Below are positions 39,451 through 48,141 of a stretch of DNA of 64,000 bases, piece after piece. Below the pieces are notes generated by a model. That model saw only the letters and a program-made list of their open reading frames with translations. It was not told the DNA's origin and made no database searches. The position numbers were made by a program, and so were the translations under genes. Source of the DNA: an uncultured virus (IMG/VR IMGVR_UViG_3300025603_001562). Lineage: Duplodnaviria > Heunggongvirae > Uroviricota > Caudoviricetes. The stretch lies in IMG/VR virus record IMGVR_UViG_3300025603_001562. One strand, written 5' to 3'. How positions within the stretch are numbered: the stretch's first letter is position 1; every line of letters begins with the position of its first letter.

Positions 39451-40636
39451 CGATTCTTTCGTTTTTGTATTCTTCTATAATCTCAAGGACTCTTTTTTCT
39501 TCACCTTCTACGGTGTATTTATCAAGCGTTTTTTCATACTCAGCTTGAAGGCTAGTTTCCAAATCTATTTGTCCACTAACCCATTTATCCGCAGCTATTC
39601 CCAAAAGCTCTGCTAACCCAAATAGATTCCCATTTTGAGACCAGAATCCGTTTTTATCAGTAGCATATTCTCGTCCTCCTGGTGCATCGAATCCAATTAC
39701 GTGGGTTCCGCAAGCCATAGCTTCAAGTGGAAGCGTACCGAATCCAGCAATGTCATCTGTATATAAAACAAATGCACAATCTCTCAGTCTTTCTGCGAAT
39801 TCATTTCGGCTCATTCCGCTCATTTCCATGAATCGGAACCAACGCATATGAGGATTGGCAGCATAGAACATTTTAATGATTGTGTGCATTTTCATTTCTG
39901 ACTCTGGGCCGCGACCTCTTTGATACCCAATCAAAGGCATTTTGTCGCTGAGCTTTTCAGGCTTATAAAAAATGTCACGATTGATTCCTTGCTTAAGAGA
40001 TTTGATTTGAATCCCTGGCATAATAGCTCCTATATATTGACTAATGCAATCGGATACAGAAACTACATCATTGATTCCGAAATTTTGCCACATCTGACCG
40101 TTCTTCATTCCAGCTAAAACATACAACCAGCTCTGGGCTAGAATGATTCTCTTACACGGTGCGTTTATTGTTCTCTCCATTACATTTGGAAAGCCCTCTG
40201 GGATAAACATAAAGTCCTCAGTAGCTAATTGAAGTGAGAAAGTTTGTTTCACCTTTCCGTCTGTGCAAATTATTTTTCCGTCTTTAGACTCTTTCAATGG
40301 GAAGAACTCGATGCCTGAGATGTCAAAGTCAACCCAGTTTGGGTTGAATATGTCAAATACTTCCACTTCTTTTTTTGCTTGCTGAGAAGCTTGCATTGAT
40401 GCCTCTCTGTTCATGCTTGGTTCATACCAAACCTTGACATTGAACCCTTGTTTTTTGTAAGCTGCGGCGACTCTTAAAAGAACTCCGATTCCGCCAGAAG
40501 GCTGATTCATTGCTGGACAATAAAAATGGATGTTGAACTCATTTTTCTCTAATTTAGAGATGAGTCCATCGATAACCTCTCCTTTTGTAGGTTCGATTTT
40601 TTCCACCACTTTTTCTTGTTCTACTGCTTTTTCCAT
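39422..40636 (-). CDS. GT-B (GT4-like) glycosyltransferase
   Basis: PSGGI, AGFGTLPLEAMACGTHVIG. Confidence 0.8.
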   Translation of the reverse strand: MEKAVEQEKVVEKIEPTKGEVIDGLISKLEKNEFNIHFYCPAMNQPSGGIGVLLRVAAAYKKQGFNVKVWYEPSMNREASMQASQQAKKEVEVFDIFNPNWVDFDISGIEFFPLKESKDGKIICTDGKVKQTFSLQLATEDFMFIPEGFPNVMERTINAPCKRIILAQSWLYVLAGMKNGQMWQNFGINDVVSVSDCISQYIGAIMPGIQIKSLKQGINRDIFYKPEKLSDKMPLIGYQRGRGPESEMKMHTIIKMFYAANPHMRWFRFMEMSGMSRNEFAERLRDCAFVLYTDDIAGFGTLPLEAMACGTHVIGFDAPGGREYATDKNGFWSQNGNLFGLAELLGIAADKWVSGQIDLETSLQAEYEKTLDKYTVEGEEKRVLEIIEEYKNERIDEFNRAKEA

Positions 40637-40767
40637 CGTTGTGATTAATTCGTTTAGAAAAATGTAGTTGAATAAGACCCTAAAATTAAAGGCACAACTT
40701 AAAAAAAATGATTTTATGCCCTATTTATTTGCATGCGCTTTAAGTACAGCATCTTAAAAAATATTTC

Positions 40768-41298
40768 GTGAAATCAAATAAACTAAACAACACAGGTCTG
40801 GCAAAGCTCGTTCAAGAGCATGTTTCAGCTAATGGTCGAATCGATGAGATGGAACAGCACTTAAAAGATGTTGACTCTTTAATTGAGCGATTTGAAAGCG
40901 GTGAAGAAATTACTGATGAAGAGCTAAACGAGCTCTTAGGAGGTTTAGGAGCTATTGGTAAGTGGGGTGCAAAAAAAGCAAAATCTGCTATGGGTAGCGC
41001 TGGTAAAGCGATTGGTCAAGCAGCTTCAGATGTTAAACAGCAGTATCAGACAGGTCAGCGTGCTTCTGCAATTAACAAGCAAAGAAAAACTGTAGACAAG
41101 CAGCAAGGGGCAAACAACGAGAAGGTGATGGATTTAGCTGCAAGAGGAAGGTCTATTAATGATACAATAAAAAAGTATCGAATGGCGTTGAATAAGATTG
41201 GTGCTGAATATCAACAGCTGACAGGGAAAGAGTATGTTCCAGGGCGTGCTATCGCAAATGCTCAGCGTTATATCGATGAATCCCAAAAAAAAAAGTAA
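40768..41298 (+). CDS. Putative internal head protein; upstream partner of a candidate -1 frameshift
   Basis: Late motif at 40722; (I/L)xE motifs; ends CAA AAA AAA AAG TAA. Confidence 0.65.
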   Translation: MKSNKLNNTGLAKLVQEHVSANGRIDEMEQHLKDVDSLIERFESGEEITDEELNELLGGLGAIGKWGAKKAKSAMGSAGKAIGQAASDVKQQYQTGQRASAINKQRKTVDKQQGANNEKVMDLAARGRSINDTIKKYRMALNKIGAEYQQLTGKEYVPGRAIANAQRYIDESQKKK

Positions 41299-41405
41299 GA
41301 AAAGTCTATAAAAACAAAGTCGAAGAATCTTATGTTTTAGGTAGCTCAAATATTAGCAATGCGTATGCTAACGAGATTATTTCTATCGCAAAAGACCTGG
41401 ACGAA

Positions 41406-42020
41406 ATGGCGCGGGGAATACAAAAACTTCTAGATAAAAAGGCTACACTTTTTATTGAACACAAGCAAAAAATTTCAGAAATACGTCAACAGGTAATGAA
41501 ATTTGACTTCAACCAATTGTTTGCCGTACCAGGTAAATTTGATTCTCCAGACGAAAAGAATTCAGCGGTGCAAGCTGTTTTGGAATCAGTCACAACAAAA
41601 CTCCCTAGAGTATACGAGATGTTTCCACACTTATGGGACCAACACCAAGGGTATTCTGATGCTAACCGTAAAATTGGTGGAAGAAAAACTTCAGGTATCG
41701 TGCCTGGGGCTTGGAATGAAATTGTAAATGACTACGGCGTTATCAACAACGAGAAAGGTTGTATTGAGCTTTTAAGAAAAGTTGAAGAATACAATAGCAC
41801 TTGGCAAAATGAATTCGAATTGCGTGACATCCAGGAAGAAAGTAAGTCTGGATTTATTGAACTATCTCAAGCTATAGAAGCCGCAATAGGGGCTATTGAT
41901 TCAAGCATGAGTTACGAGACTCTTGCAGACGCAGTTGCGAAAATAATTAAAGATTCATACGGAGAACATCTGTACGAGCCATTCTCAAGAAGGCTAATGA
42001 ATAATCTGTACGGAGAATAA
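41406..42020 (+). CDS. Hypothetical protein; probable frameshift extension of 40768-41298
   Basis: Frame is open for 37 codons upstream of the ATG, back to the A10 tract. Confidence 0.65.
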   Translation: MARGIQKLLDKKATLFIEHKQKISEIRQQVMKFDFNQLFAVPGKFDSPDEKNSAVQAVLESVTTKLPRVYEMFPHLWDQHQGYSDANRKIGGRKTSGIVPGAWNEIVNDYGVINNEKGCIELLRKVEEYNSTWQNEFELRDIQEESKSGFIELSQAIEAAIGAIDSSMSYETLADAVAKIIKDSYGEHLYEPFSRRLMNNLYGE

Positions 42021-42039
42021 TAGAAAATTACATCAATGC

Positions 42040-42076
42040 AAAAAAAAGAGAGCTCTTACGGGCTCTCTTTTTTTTT
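42040..42076. terminator. Bidirectional intrinsic terminator
   Basis: A-tract, GAGAGCTC-TTAC-GGGCTCTC, T-tract; between convergent genes. Confidence 0.9.
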
Positions 42077-42086
42077 GATACTGTGT

Positions 42087-42296
42087 CTATTGCTTGCCGT
42101 GTTTTGAAGTCATAGTTTTATGCAAGGACTCAATCTCTTTAGAGGCTGCTGTTTTAAACATAAACGGAAAAAAAGCGTGAACGATTGAAACCCCCCAAAT
42201 CCACCCGCCAGCTGAGGCGGTCCCAAGTGCAAATAACAAATGTTTTAAGTAAGACATTTTGTTCTCGCTAGGGTGATGTGTGAAGGGATTTCTCAT
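42087..42296 (-). CDS. Small membrane protein (DUF6356-like)
   Basis: FTHHP....SY..H..FA...VHAFFPFMF.TAAS. Confidence 0.65.
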   Translation of the reverse strand: MRNPFTHHPSENKMSYLKHLLFALGTASAGGWIWGVSIVHAFFPFMFKTAASKEIESLHKTMTSKHGKQ

Positions 42297-43129
42297 TACT
42301 TTTTCCTCTTGTCGTTTTTCTCTTTCTCGTCATCAATCAACTGGTCCAGTGCGGTCATGTTAAGTGATTCTGACATTTGACCATCCACAGTAACGGTTGA
42401 TGCAAATAAATCAGACTTCAAGCTGACACCTTTTTTCTTCGCGTACCCACGAGAGTAAAGCGCATTTGAAATCCCTCTTGAGGACTCTGTGTATGCTTGA
42501 GCGCTTGATGTGTCAACGAATGATGTATTCTGAATCCCAAGAGTGTCGGCGGCGTTTAAAGCTGAATCTTTGCTGGCTCCAATGAAAGAAATGGTCCAGT
42601 TGTCTTTTTTGTCAACTTCCTTGATAAGGTCTGCAACATCGCTTCCTTTCCATTCAGCAGAGGCGTTTTCATGTCCATCTGTTAAAATCATAATCAAAGC
42701 TTCGTTTTCCTCTTTCTTTAGCTCTTTCATCTGTCTTTCTTTTAAACTTGTGACAGTGATTCCAATTGCATCATGCAAAGCTGTTGAGCCTCTTGGGACA
42801 TATGTTTCTTCGTCTAAAAGCTCAATCTCATCGAGAGGCTTGTCTTTGTAAATGGTTATGATTTCATGGTCGAACAAGCAGAGAGTAATGAAGTACTTCT
42901 CCTCAGGAGAGTCTTCCTGCAAAGCTCTTAATGTCCCAATTTGCTCATTGAAATTGTCAATGGTTTCTTTTTTGATTGGATTCATCGAATAAGAACGGTC
43001 GACTACAAATGCGTAGTAAGTATTCCCTGGTGTTTTTTCAACAATAGTTTCCTCAACTATCGTCGTCGTCGTCGTTGTGACTTTCTTTGTGGCCTTAGCC
43101 TCTTTCGAGTCCTTTTTCTTTTTTGTCAT
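42296..43129 (-). CDS. von Willebrand factor A domain protein
   Basis: MIDAS DRSYS, PRGSTALHDAIG, ILTDGHENAS; start MTKKKK chosen. Confidence 0.85.
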   Translation of the reverse strand: MTKKKKDSKEAKATKKVTTTTTTIVEETIVEKTPGNTYYAFVVDRSYSMNPIKKETIDNFNEQIGTLRALQEDSPEEKYFITLCLFDHEIITIYKDKPLDEIELLDEETYVPRGSTALHDAIGITVTSLKERQMKELKKEENEALIMILTDGHENASAEWKGSDVADLIKEVDKKDNWTISFIGASKDSALNAADTLGIQNTSFVDTSSAQAYTESSRGISNALYSRGYAKKKGVSLKSDLFASTVTVDGQMSESLNMTALDQLIDDEKEKNDKRKK

Positions 43130-43160
43130 GTTGATGTTTTGCTGTGTTATTGTTCCAGTG

Positions 43161-43192
43161 CAAATATAAGTAGATAAAAAAATAATTCCCAA
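43161..43192 (-). promoter_or_regulatory. Bacteroidota-type sigma70 promoter
   Basis: Minus-strand TATATTTG at 43161-43168 with TTGG about 20 nt upstream, ahead of the vWA gene. Confidence 0.55.
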
Positions 43193-43219
43193 GCTGGGAA
43201 GTATAATAATTTATTCACA

Positions 43220-44047
43220 TTATATTTTTTCTTTCAACACAATGTTTTTTAGAGCACCATTTTTGTTTAGAGCTGCAAGGGATTCGAATGAAATCGGTGT
43301 CTTGTCCCACTTGTTCCAAGGTCTTTCAATTTTTATCAATTCTTTACCCATTGGCTTTGAGTGGATGGCTTCTGGGGTGTCATCTATCAAGATGTCACAC
43401 AGGTCCCACTTCTCTTCATTGCTGTCGACAAAATGGATGCTTTGCACTCGGCAGTGGTGAGTGCTTAGGAAGGCGAATGTTGCTGGGATTGCTCCTTGTT
43501 TACATGTTGAAACCAAAATGGTTTTGTAGAGCCCTTTGTCCCGACCGAAAGCTTGGATTTTATTGACAGTCTCCATTGCATCTTTGTACTGGTCTGCCCT
43601 GCCGAATATCTGAAATGGGTAGTCTTCGTAGATAAATTTGTCTAGCACCTCCATAGAGGTTAAGCGAATTGGTTCATCGTCACCTTTGTTGTCATCAAAC
43701 GAGATAACTTTTAACTTCTTTGGTTCGAATCGATAGTGATTTGTTAAATCGTCCGTGTCCACTGGGAGAGAAAGGAGTTCGTTTTCTTTTTCTTCAATCA
43801 TTGCAGCTAGTGCGTCCATTTCTTCTTCTGAGAATTCCTCTTTCAGCTGAAAAGTGCTTTCATCTATATTTCCTGATGCAACATCTGTGTGGGTTGGAAT
43901 ATTTCCATCTACTTCGCTTGCGTTGTGAATGAATTTCTTGCGGTATATGAAATCGAACTTAGAAATGAAGTCTCGAATTGTCCCGTCTATGTTTATTGCT
44001 ACTGTTTTCATTTGTTTAAAATTAATAGTCCTATTGTCCGATGACAC
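43220..44047 (-). CDS. HAD-fold 5'(3')-deoxyribonucleotidase-like protein
   Basis: INIDGT (DxD with first Asp changed to Asn), DILIDD, RPWN. Confidence 0.65.
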   Translation of the reverse strand: MSSDNRTINFKQMKTVAINIDGTIRDFISKFDFIYRKKFIHNASEVDGNIPTHTDVASGNIDESTFQLKEEFSEEEMDALAAMIEEKENELLSLPVDTDDLTNHYRFEPKKLKVISFDDNKGDDEPIRLTSMEVLDKFIYEDYPFQIFGRADQYKDAMETVNKIQAFGRDKGLYKTILVSTCKQGAIPATFAFLSTHHCRVQSIHFVDSNEEKWDLCDILIDDTPEAIHSKPMGKELIKIERPWNKWDKTPISFESLAALNKNGALKNIVLKEKI

Positions 44048-44469
44048 TATATCTCATTCTTAGATTTCATCTTTTCGAACTCTTTTAAAGAAGCGATGTA
44101 GTCACTTTTTTCGTAATTAGTATCACAAAGAACAAGTAAGACGCTTTTGTCTTCTTTATATTTTTCTTCTGCCCACAGCCCTTTAGGGATTAGTAATGCT
44201 GAATTTGGTTTATTCAATAAACACTTTTTCCATGTGGTTCCGTCAAAACAATTTACTTCTACACGTCCTGAAATACAAATTAATAATTGATTTGTATTAT
44301 AATGAGCATGCTTTCCTCTTGTTGTGTTGATTGGTACATTGTAAACGTAAAATGTTCTTTTAATTAAAAAAACACTATCAAGTCCTGACTCTATAGGAAC
44401 TAAATTGCCAAGCTCGTCTTTAAAGGTTTTTAGCTGTATCTCTAAAACATCTTCAATTGTTGATTTCAT
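44047..44469 (-). CDS. dTDP-4-keto-6-deoxyhexose 3,4-ketoisomerase (FdtA/QdtA cupin)
   Basis: DELGNLVPIE, KRTFY, RGKHAH, YEKSDYI. Confidence 0.88.
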   Translation of the reverse strand: MKSTIEDVLEIQLKTFKDELGNLVPIESGLDSVFLIKRTFYVYNVPINTTRGKHAHYNTNQLLICISGRVEVNCFDGTTWKKCLLNKPNSALLIPKGLWAEEKYKEDKSVLLVLCDTNYEKSDYIASLKEFEKMKSKNEI

Positions 44470-45520
44470 TATTATAGTTTGTTAATTCTAATTCAAAATC
44501 TGGTGCGGACTTCGATATTTCTGATTGATACTTTATTGCTCTATCCATTAAATCTGGAATAGTAATAGCTAGACTATTATCTCCTAGGGAAATCTCACAA
44601 TGTCTACCCATTCTAAAGTCTAAGTTTTTATGATAAAAGCTCTTTGTATTAAATTCTTCACCAGAAGCTCTTGGTAAGTTTTGTATTCGCTTCACGAGTG
44701 TATCAATAGAATGTTCTTCGCTAACATGGTTTTTGATATCATCATGAGGCATGGGAGAAGATTCTAGTTGATTCAGCGCTTTCAGAGTTTGTTCAGCATA
44801 ATATTTATCATGTTGGACACGATAAAAAAAAGGCTCATTATTAAATTTGTTCGGCAGAAATGTAGCTAAATCAGGATGACCTACTACGGGTATGCCACTT
44901 GCCCATGCGTAGCTGCATAGTCTCGAATGCCGTTCTCCTTTTGCAGCGTGAATGAAAACTTTTGAAGACTTGTAAAAATGAGCTAAATAATACTTATCCA
45001 ATGTAAATGGGTAATCATAATCAAAAAAAAGCGCTACAAAATTTCTTCTCTCTTCTCGTGTGAATTGCTTTAAATATTCTTCTTTAGGGTTTTCAGGAGA
45101 AGCTCCTTCCTCTGGGATTGAGCAAATTAACATTATTTTAATATCAGGCTTCAATCTGAGTAATTCTTTACAAGTGTTAAAAAACACTTGTAAACGCTTG
45201 AACCCAACTGCTCGTGTTATATATAAAACATCAATGTCTTTTGTGCTATCTCCAGGGCGGTAGATTTCTGGAGAAAAATTACAGCAGTCCATATCTAAAC
45301 AAGACCCTCCCCCCACTAAATCTCCTGGATTGCAAAGGCTGGCATCAAAAAAAGAGTTGTGACTACAAGGTTGCCAATTGTGATGTATCAGATAAATCCA
45401 TTTATGCTGTTCAGCAATAATGTGGTCAAGTGTTTTATTGTTTATTTGGAGACGGACTTCATTGGAAGTAAAGGAAATCACTCCTTTTGATTCGTCTGGT
45501 GTTTTTAGAATGCAAGCCAT
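44453..45520 (-). CDS. GT-B (GT4-like) glycosyltransferase
   Basis: DIDVLYITR..FKR, YKSSKVFIH..GERHSRLCSYAWASGIPVV. Confidence 0.65.
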   Translation of the reverse strand: MACILKTPDESKGVISFTSNEVRLQINNKTLDHIIAEQHKWIYLIHHNWQPCSHNSFFDASLCNPGDLVGGGSCLDMDCCNFSPEIYRPGDSTKDIDVLYITRAVGFKRLQVFFNTCKELLRLKPDIKIMLICSIPEEGASPENPKEEYLKQFTREERRNFVALFFDYDYPFTLDKYYLAHFYKSSKVFIHAAKGERHSRLCSYAWASGIPVVGHPDLATFLPNKFNNEPFFYRVQHDKYYAEQTLKALNQLESSPMPHDDIKNHVSEEHSIDTLVKRIQNLPRASGEEFNTKSFYHKNLDFRMGRHCEISLGDNSLAITIPDLMDRAIKYQSEISKSAPDFELELTNYNNEINN

Positions 45521-46143
45521 TATTTTTTTGTATATATTTCTAAAACGTTATTTTCACCAGCCTGAGCTTTGTGAACTAAAGATAAATTGTATCTTTGAAC
45601 TATGTATTCCCAGTAGTTTTTTCCCATTTTTCTTCTAATATATGGTTTAAACTCGCTTTTTGAGTGTGGATTTTTACCAATAGTAACAATGTCGTGCTCA
45701 TACTTCGGAGTGTCATACCAGTGAATAGCTACGTAAGTTGCTGCCTTCGACGCTTTGTCCATAATCATATCAGGGCTTTCAATGCATTCAATCATATGAG
45801 ACAATACAGCGAAGTCGTATTTTTCTTTATTCGAGTTCATAAAGTCAAAAATGTCAGATTTAACTATTTCTCCATCACCTTTTACAACTTCCTTAGCTGC
45901 GTTTACCAGCGTCTCTGAATTGTCTACTCCTAAATATTTTATGTCTTGGTTTTGAGATTTTAAAATCGGGTATATTTGAGCGTTTCCACAGCCGATATCT
46001 ATTACCGACGGAGAGTCAGACACACTCTTCATATATTTGCTCAACTCTATCTTCATTTCTTTAGAGTAATAATGTAAGTAGTCTTTAGCAATCTTATCTG
46101 AAGGATTCCATGAGTCTTTTGTTATATCTGTGTTAATATTCAT
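45520..46143 (-). CDS. Class I SAM-dependent methyltransferase
   Basis: VIDIGCGN, YLGVD, YDFAVLSHMIE. Confidence 0.85.
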   Translation of the reverse strand: MNINTDITKDSWNPSDKIAKDYLHYYSKEMKIELSKYMKSVSDSPSVIDIGCGNAQIYPILKSQNQDIKYLGVDNSETLVNAAKEVVKGDGEIVKSDIFDFMNSNKEKYDFAVLSHMIECIESPDMIMDKASKAATYVAIHWYDTPKYEHDIVTIGKNPHSKSEFKPYIRRKMGKNYWEYIVQRYNLSLVHKAQAGENNVLEIYTKK

Positions 46144-46156
46144 TACTGTTTTTTAT

Positions 46157-46792
46157 TTATGTTGTTTCATTCTTTTTTAAAACCACCTTAAAAGTGTTGT
46201 TTTTGTTTTCTTTGTGAAAAATTTCATAACCTAAAGATTTGTTAGATTCATAAAAATCTTTCCACTCTGACTCTGTTTTTATGTTTATATGAACATTATC
46301 AAATCCGTTCTGCCTTGATATACCATCTAAATGAGCTGTCCCCATTGCGTTGGCATGAAATACCCATTTACTAGTTACTCTAAGTTCTTCCTTAAGTGTT
46401 TCTAGCTCCCATTTAACTGGAACATGTTCCATTCCATCTAAATGCTGCACAATGTCATAGGAATCATTTTCCATATCTATTTTATGACAGCTCATGTGAA
46501 ATGCATTTATACCTTCTTTTTTAAGTTCTTTTACAACCCAGTCAGAGATATCTATACCAGCATACTTCACCCCTTCTTTGTGTAGGTGTTTAACTATTTC
46601 ACCACTACCTAATCCTACCTCCAGGATACTAGCTCCCTTACTGTATTCTTCCTGCCATATTTTATGAAATTTATCTGAGTCGTTTAAAAGAAGATTTAGC
46701 TGTCTACCATACCCTGTTTGGCTTTCATGAAGCCCTGTGTATTGGTGAATAGAGTTGTATTTATCTTGCTCATGCTTGAATAAGTCAGTCAT
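46157..46792 (-). CDS. Class I SAM-dependent methyltransferase
   Basis: ILEVGLGSG, GIDIS, DGMEHV. Confidence 0.85.
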   Translation of the reverse strand: MTDLFKHEQDKYNSIHQYTGLHESQTGYGRQLNLLLNDSDKFHKIWQEEYSKGASILEVGLGSGEIVKHLHKEGVKYAGIDISDWVVKELKKEGINAFHMSCHKIDMENDSYDIVQHLDGMEHVPVKWELETLKEELRVTSKWVFHANAMGTAHLDGISRQNGFDNVHINIKTESEWKDFYESNKSLGYEIFHKENKNNTFKVVLKKNETT

Positions 46793-47438
46793 TTTGTTTT
46801 TTTTGTTGTATTAAAGTTTCTATCATAAACCAATCTTCTGGTTCATCTATTTCTAAATAAGTTTCTGGCGAACACTCTACCATACCAACTTTTCCGTAAA
46901 GCCTGCATGAATTTTCGATTACACCTTTTGCTCTTGAGATATAAAAAGCTCCATTTTCAACTAAAAACCCATCCCACTCTTGTCTTCTAGGGCGCTTATG
47001 AATATTATATGTAGGCGTCCCGTCTTCGTTCCATATAAATCTTTTTTGCCTAACGACACTTAAAGATGAATCATAGCCTTCGTTTAGCACTTGCTTAATT
47101 CCTGTATCCAATTCTTCTACATCCACAAGCGGAGATGTAGCTTGTATAAAAACTATAACATCTTCTGGTTGTATGGTTTTAGCAAATTCAATAAGCACGA
47201 TTTCACTAGAAGCTTCATCAGTAGAAGATTCTTTTGACCTAGAAAACATTTCAGCGCCTTTACATTTCTGGAATATATCATCCAAATCTGTTGCTACGAT
47301 TACACTATTTACCAAGGTAGACTTATTTGCTGTGTCAATAGACCATTGTAATAGAGGTTTACCATTTATGAGCTTTATGTTTTTTTGTGGTATACTCTTA
47401 CTCCCTGAACGTGCTGGTATAAATGCGTAAATATTCAT
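46785..47438 (-). CDS. neuA: CMP-nonulosonate (acylneuraminate) cytidylyltransferase
   Basis: IPARSGSKSIPQKN, QATSP, ENGAFY, EIDEPED. Confidence 0.9.
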   Translation of the reverse strand: MNIYAFIPARSGSKSIPQKNIKLINGKPLLQWSIDTANKSTLVNSVIVATDLDDIFQKCKGAEMFSRSKESSTDEASSEIVLIEFAKTIQPEDVIVFIQATSPLVDVEELDTGIKQVLNEGYDSSLSVVRQKRFIWNEDGTPTYNIHKRPRRQEWDGFLVENGAFYISRAKGVIENSCRLYGKVGMVECSPETYLEIDEPEDWFMIETLIQQKKQND

Positions 47439-47441
47439 AAA

Positions 47442-48137
47442 TTAAAAATAATATTGTGTAATAGCTTTTCTTTCATCTGCTTCAATTACTTTCCCCCTAT
47501 GAATATAAGTGGTATCCGCTAATATAACAGTTCCTTTAGGCCCTGTTATGTTAACAAGCTCACAAGATTTATTTGTTTCAACTATACTATCTACAACATC
47601 GTCTGCATATCTAGTATTATAAGATGCAGTTCTAGGAGTGGGGTATCCTATGTGTCGTTTAGAAGAATTAGTAATCCATTGAAAATTTCCTTGAGACTCG
47701 TCAACATCAGTAAGGTACATGATAGATTTAAACTGGCAATCATGGTTGTCTCTGTGCCACCCTCCTCCGCTACTGTTAGTGACTCCTTTTTTAAATTTTA
47801 ATTGATTTATCAATGTTTTTTTTAAATTACCAGCCCTGCTTGTATAAGAGTTGCTTAATTTATTTAAAAGAGCATGGTCAGCATAGTTGTCTTTTATAAA
47901 AGGAGAAAGTTTTTGTGCATGAAAAATACGTTCGTCCTTAGAGCAGTCTTCTTTATCTAAAACATCTATAAGATTCTTGTGTTCGATAAAAATCCTGTCG
48001 AATTCTGATGCAATATCGTCAACAACCTCGCTTGTGAATAGGTTTTTAATTATTACTATACCATCATTATTAAGCGCTTGTAAAAAAACGTCATGAGAGT
48101 TTTGAATAGAAAAATCTATAGCTTGTATTTGTTCCAT
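47442..48137 (-). CDS. PhyH-family 2OG-Fe(II) dioxygenase
   Basis: WHRD, YLTDV..GNF, IHRG, R. Confidence 0.8.
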   Translation of the reverse strand: MEQIQAIDFSIQNSHDVFLQALNNDGIVIIKNLFTSEVVDDIASEFDRIFIEHKNLIDVLDKEDCSKDERIFHAQKLSPFIKDNYADHALLNKLSNSYTSRAGNLKKTLINQLKFKKGVTNSSGGGWHRDNHDCQFKSIMYLTDVDESQGNFQWITNSSKRHIGYPTPRTASYNTRYADDVVDSIVETNKSCELVNITGPKGTVILADTTYIHRGKVIEADERKAITQYYF

Positions 48138-48141
48138 ATAA

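Noticed and set aside
40733..40771. 12-codon mini-ORF or A_AAA_AAT shift upstream of the GTG at 40768
   Set aside because: Possible translational coupling, but too short to distinguish from chance in AT-rich DNA.
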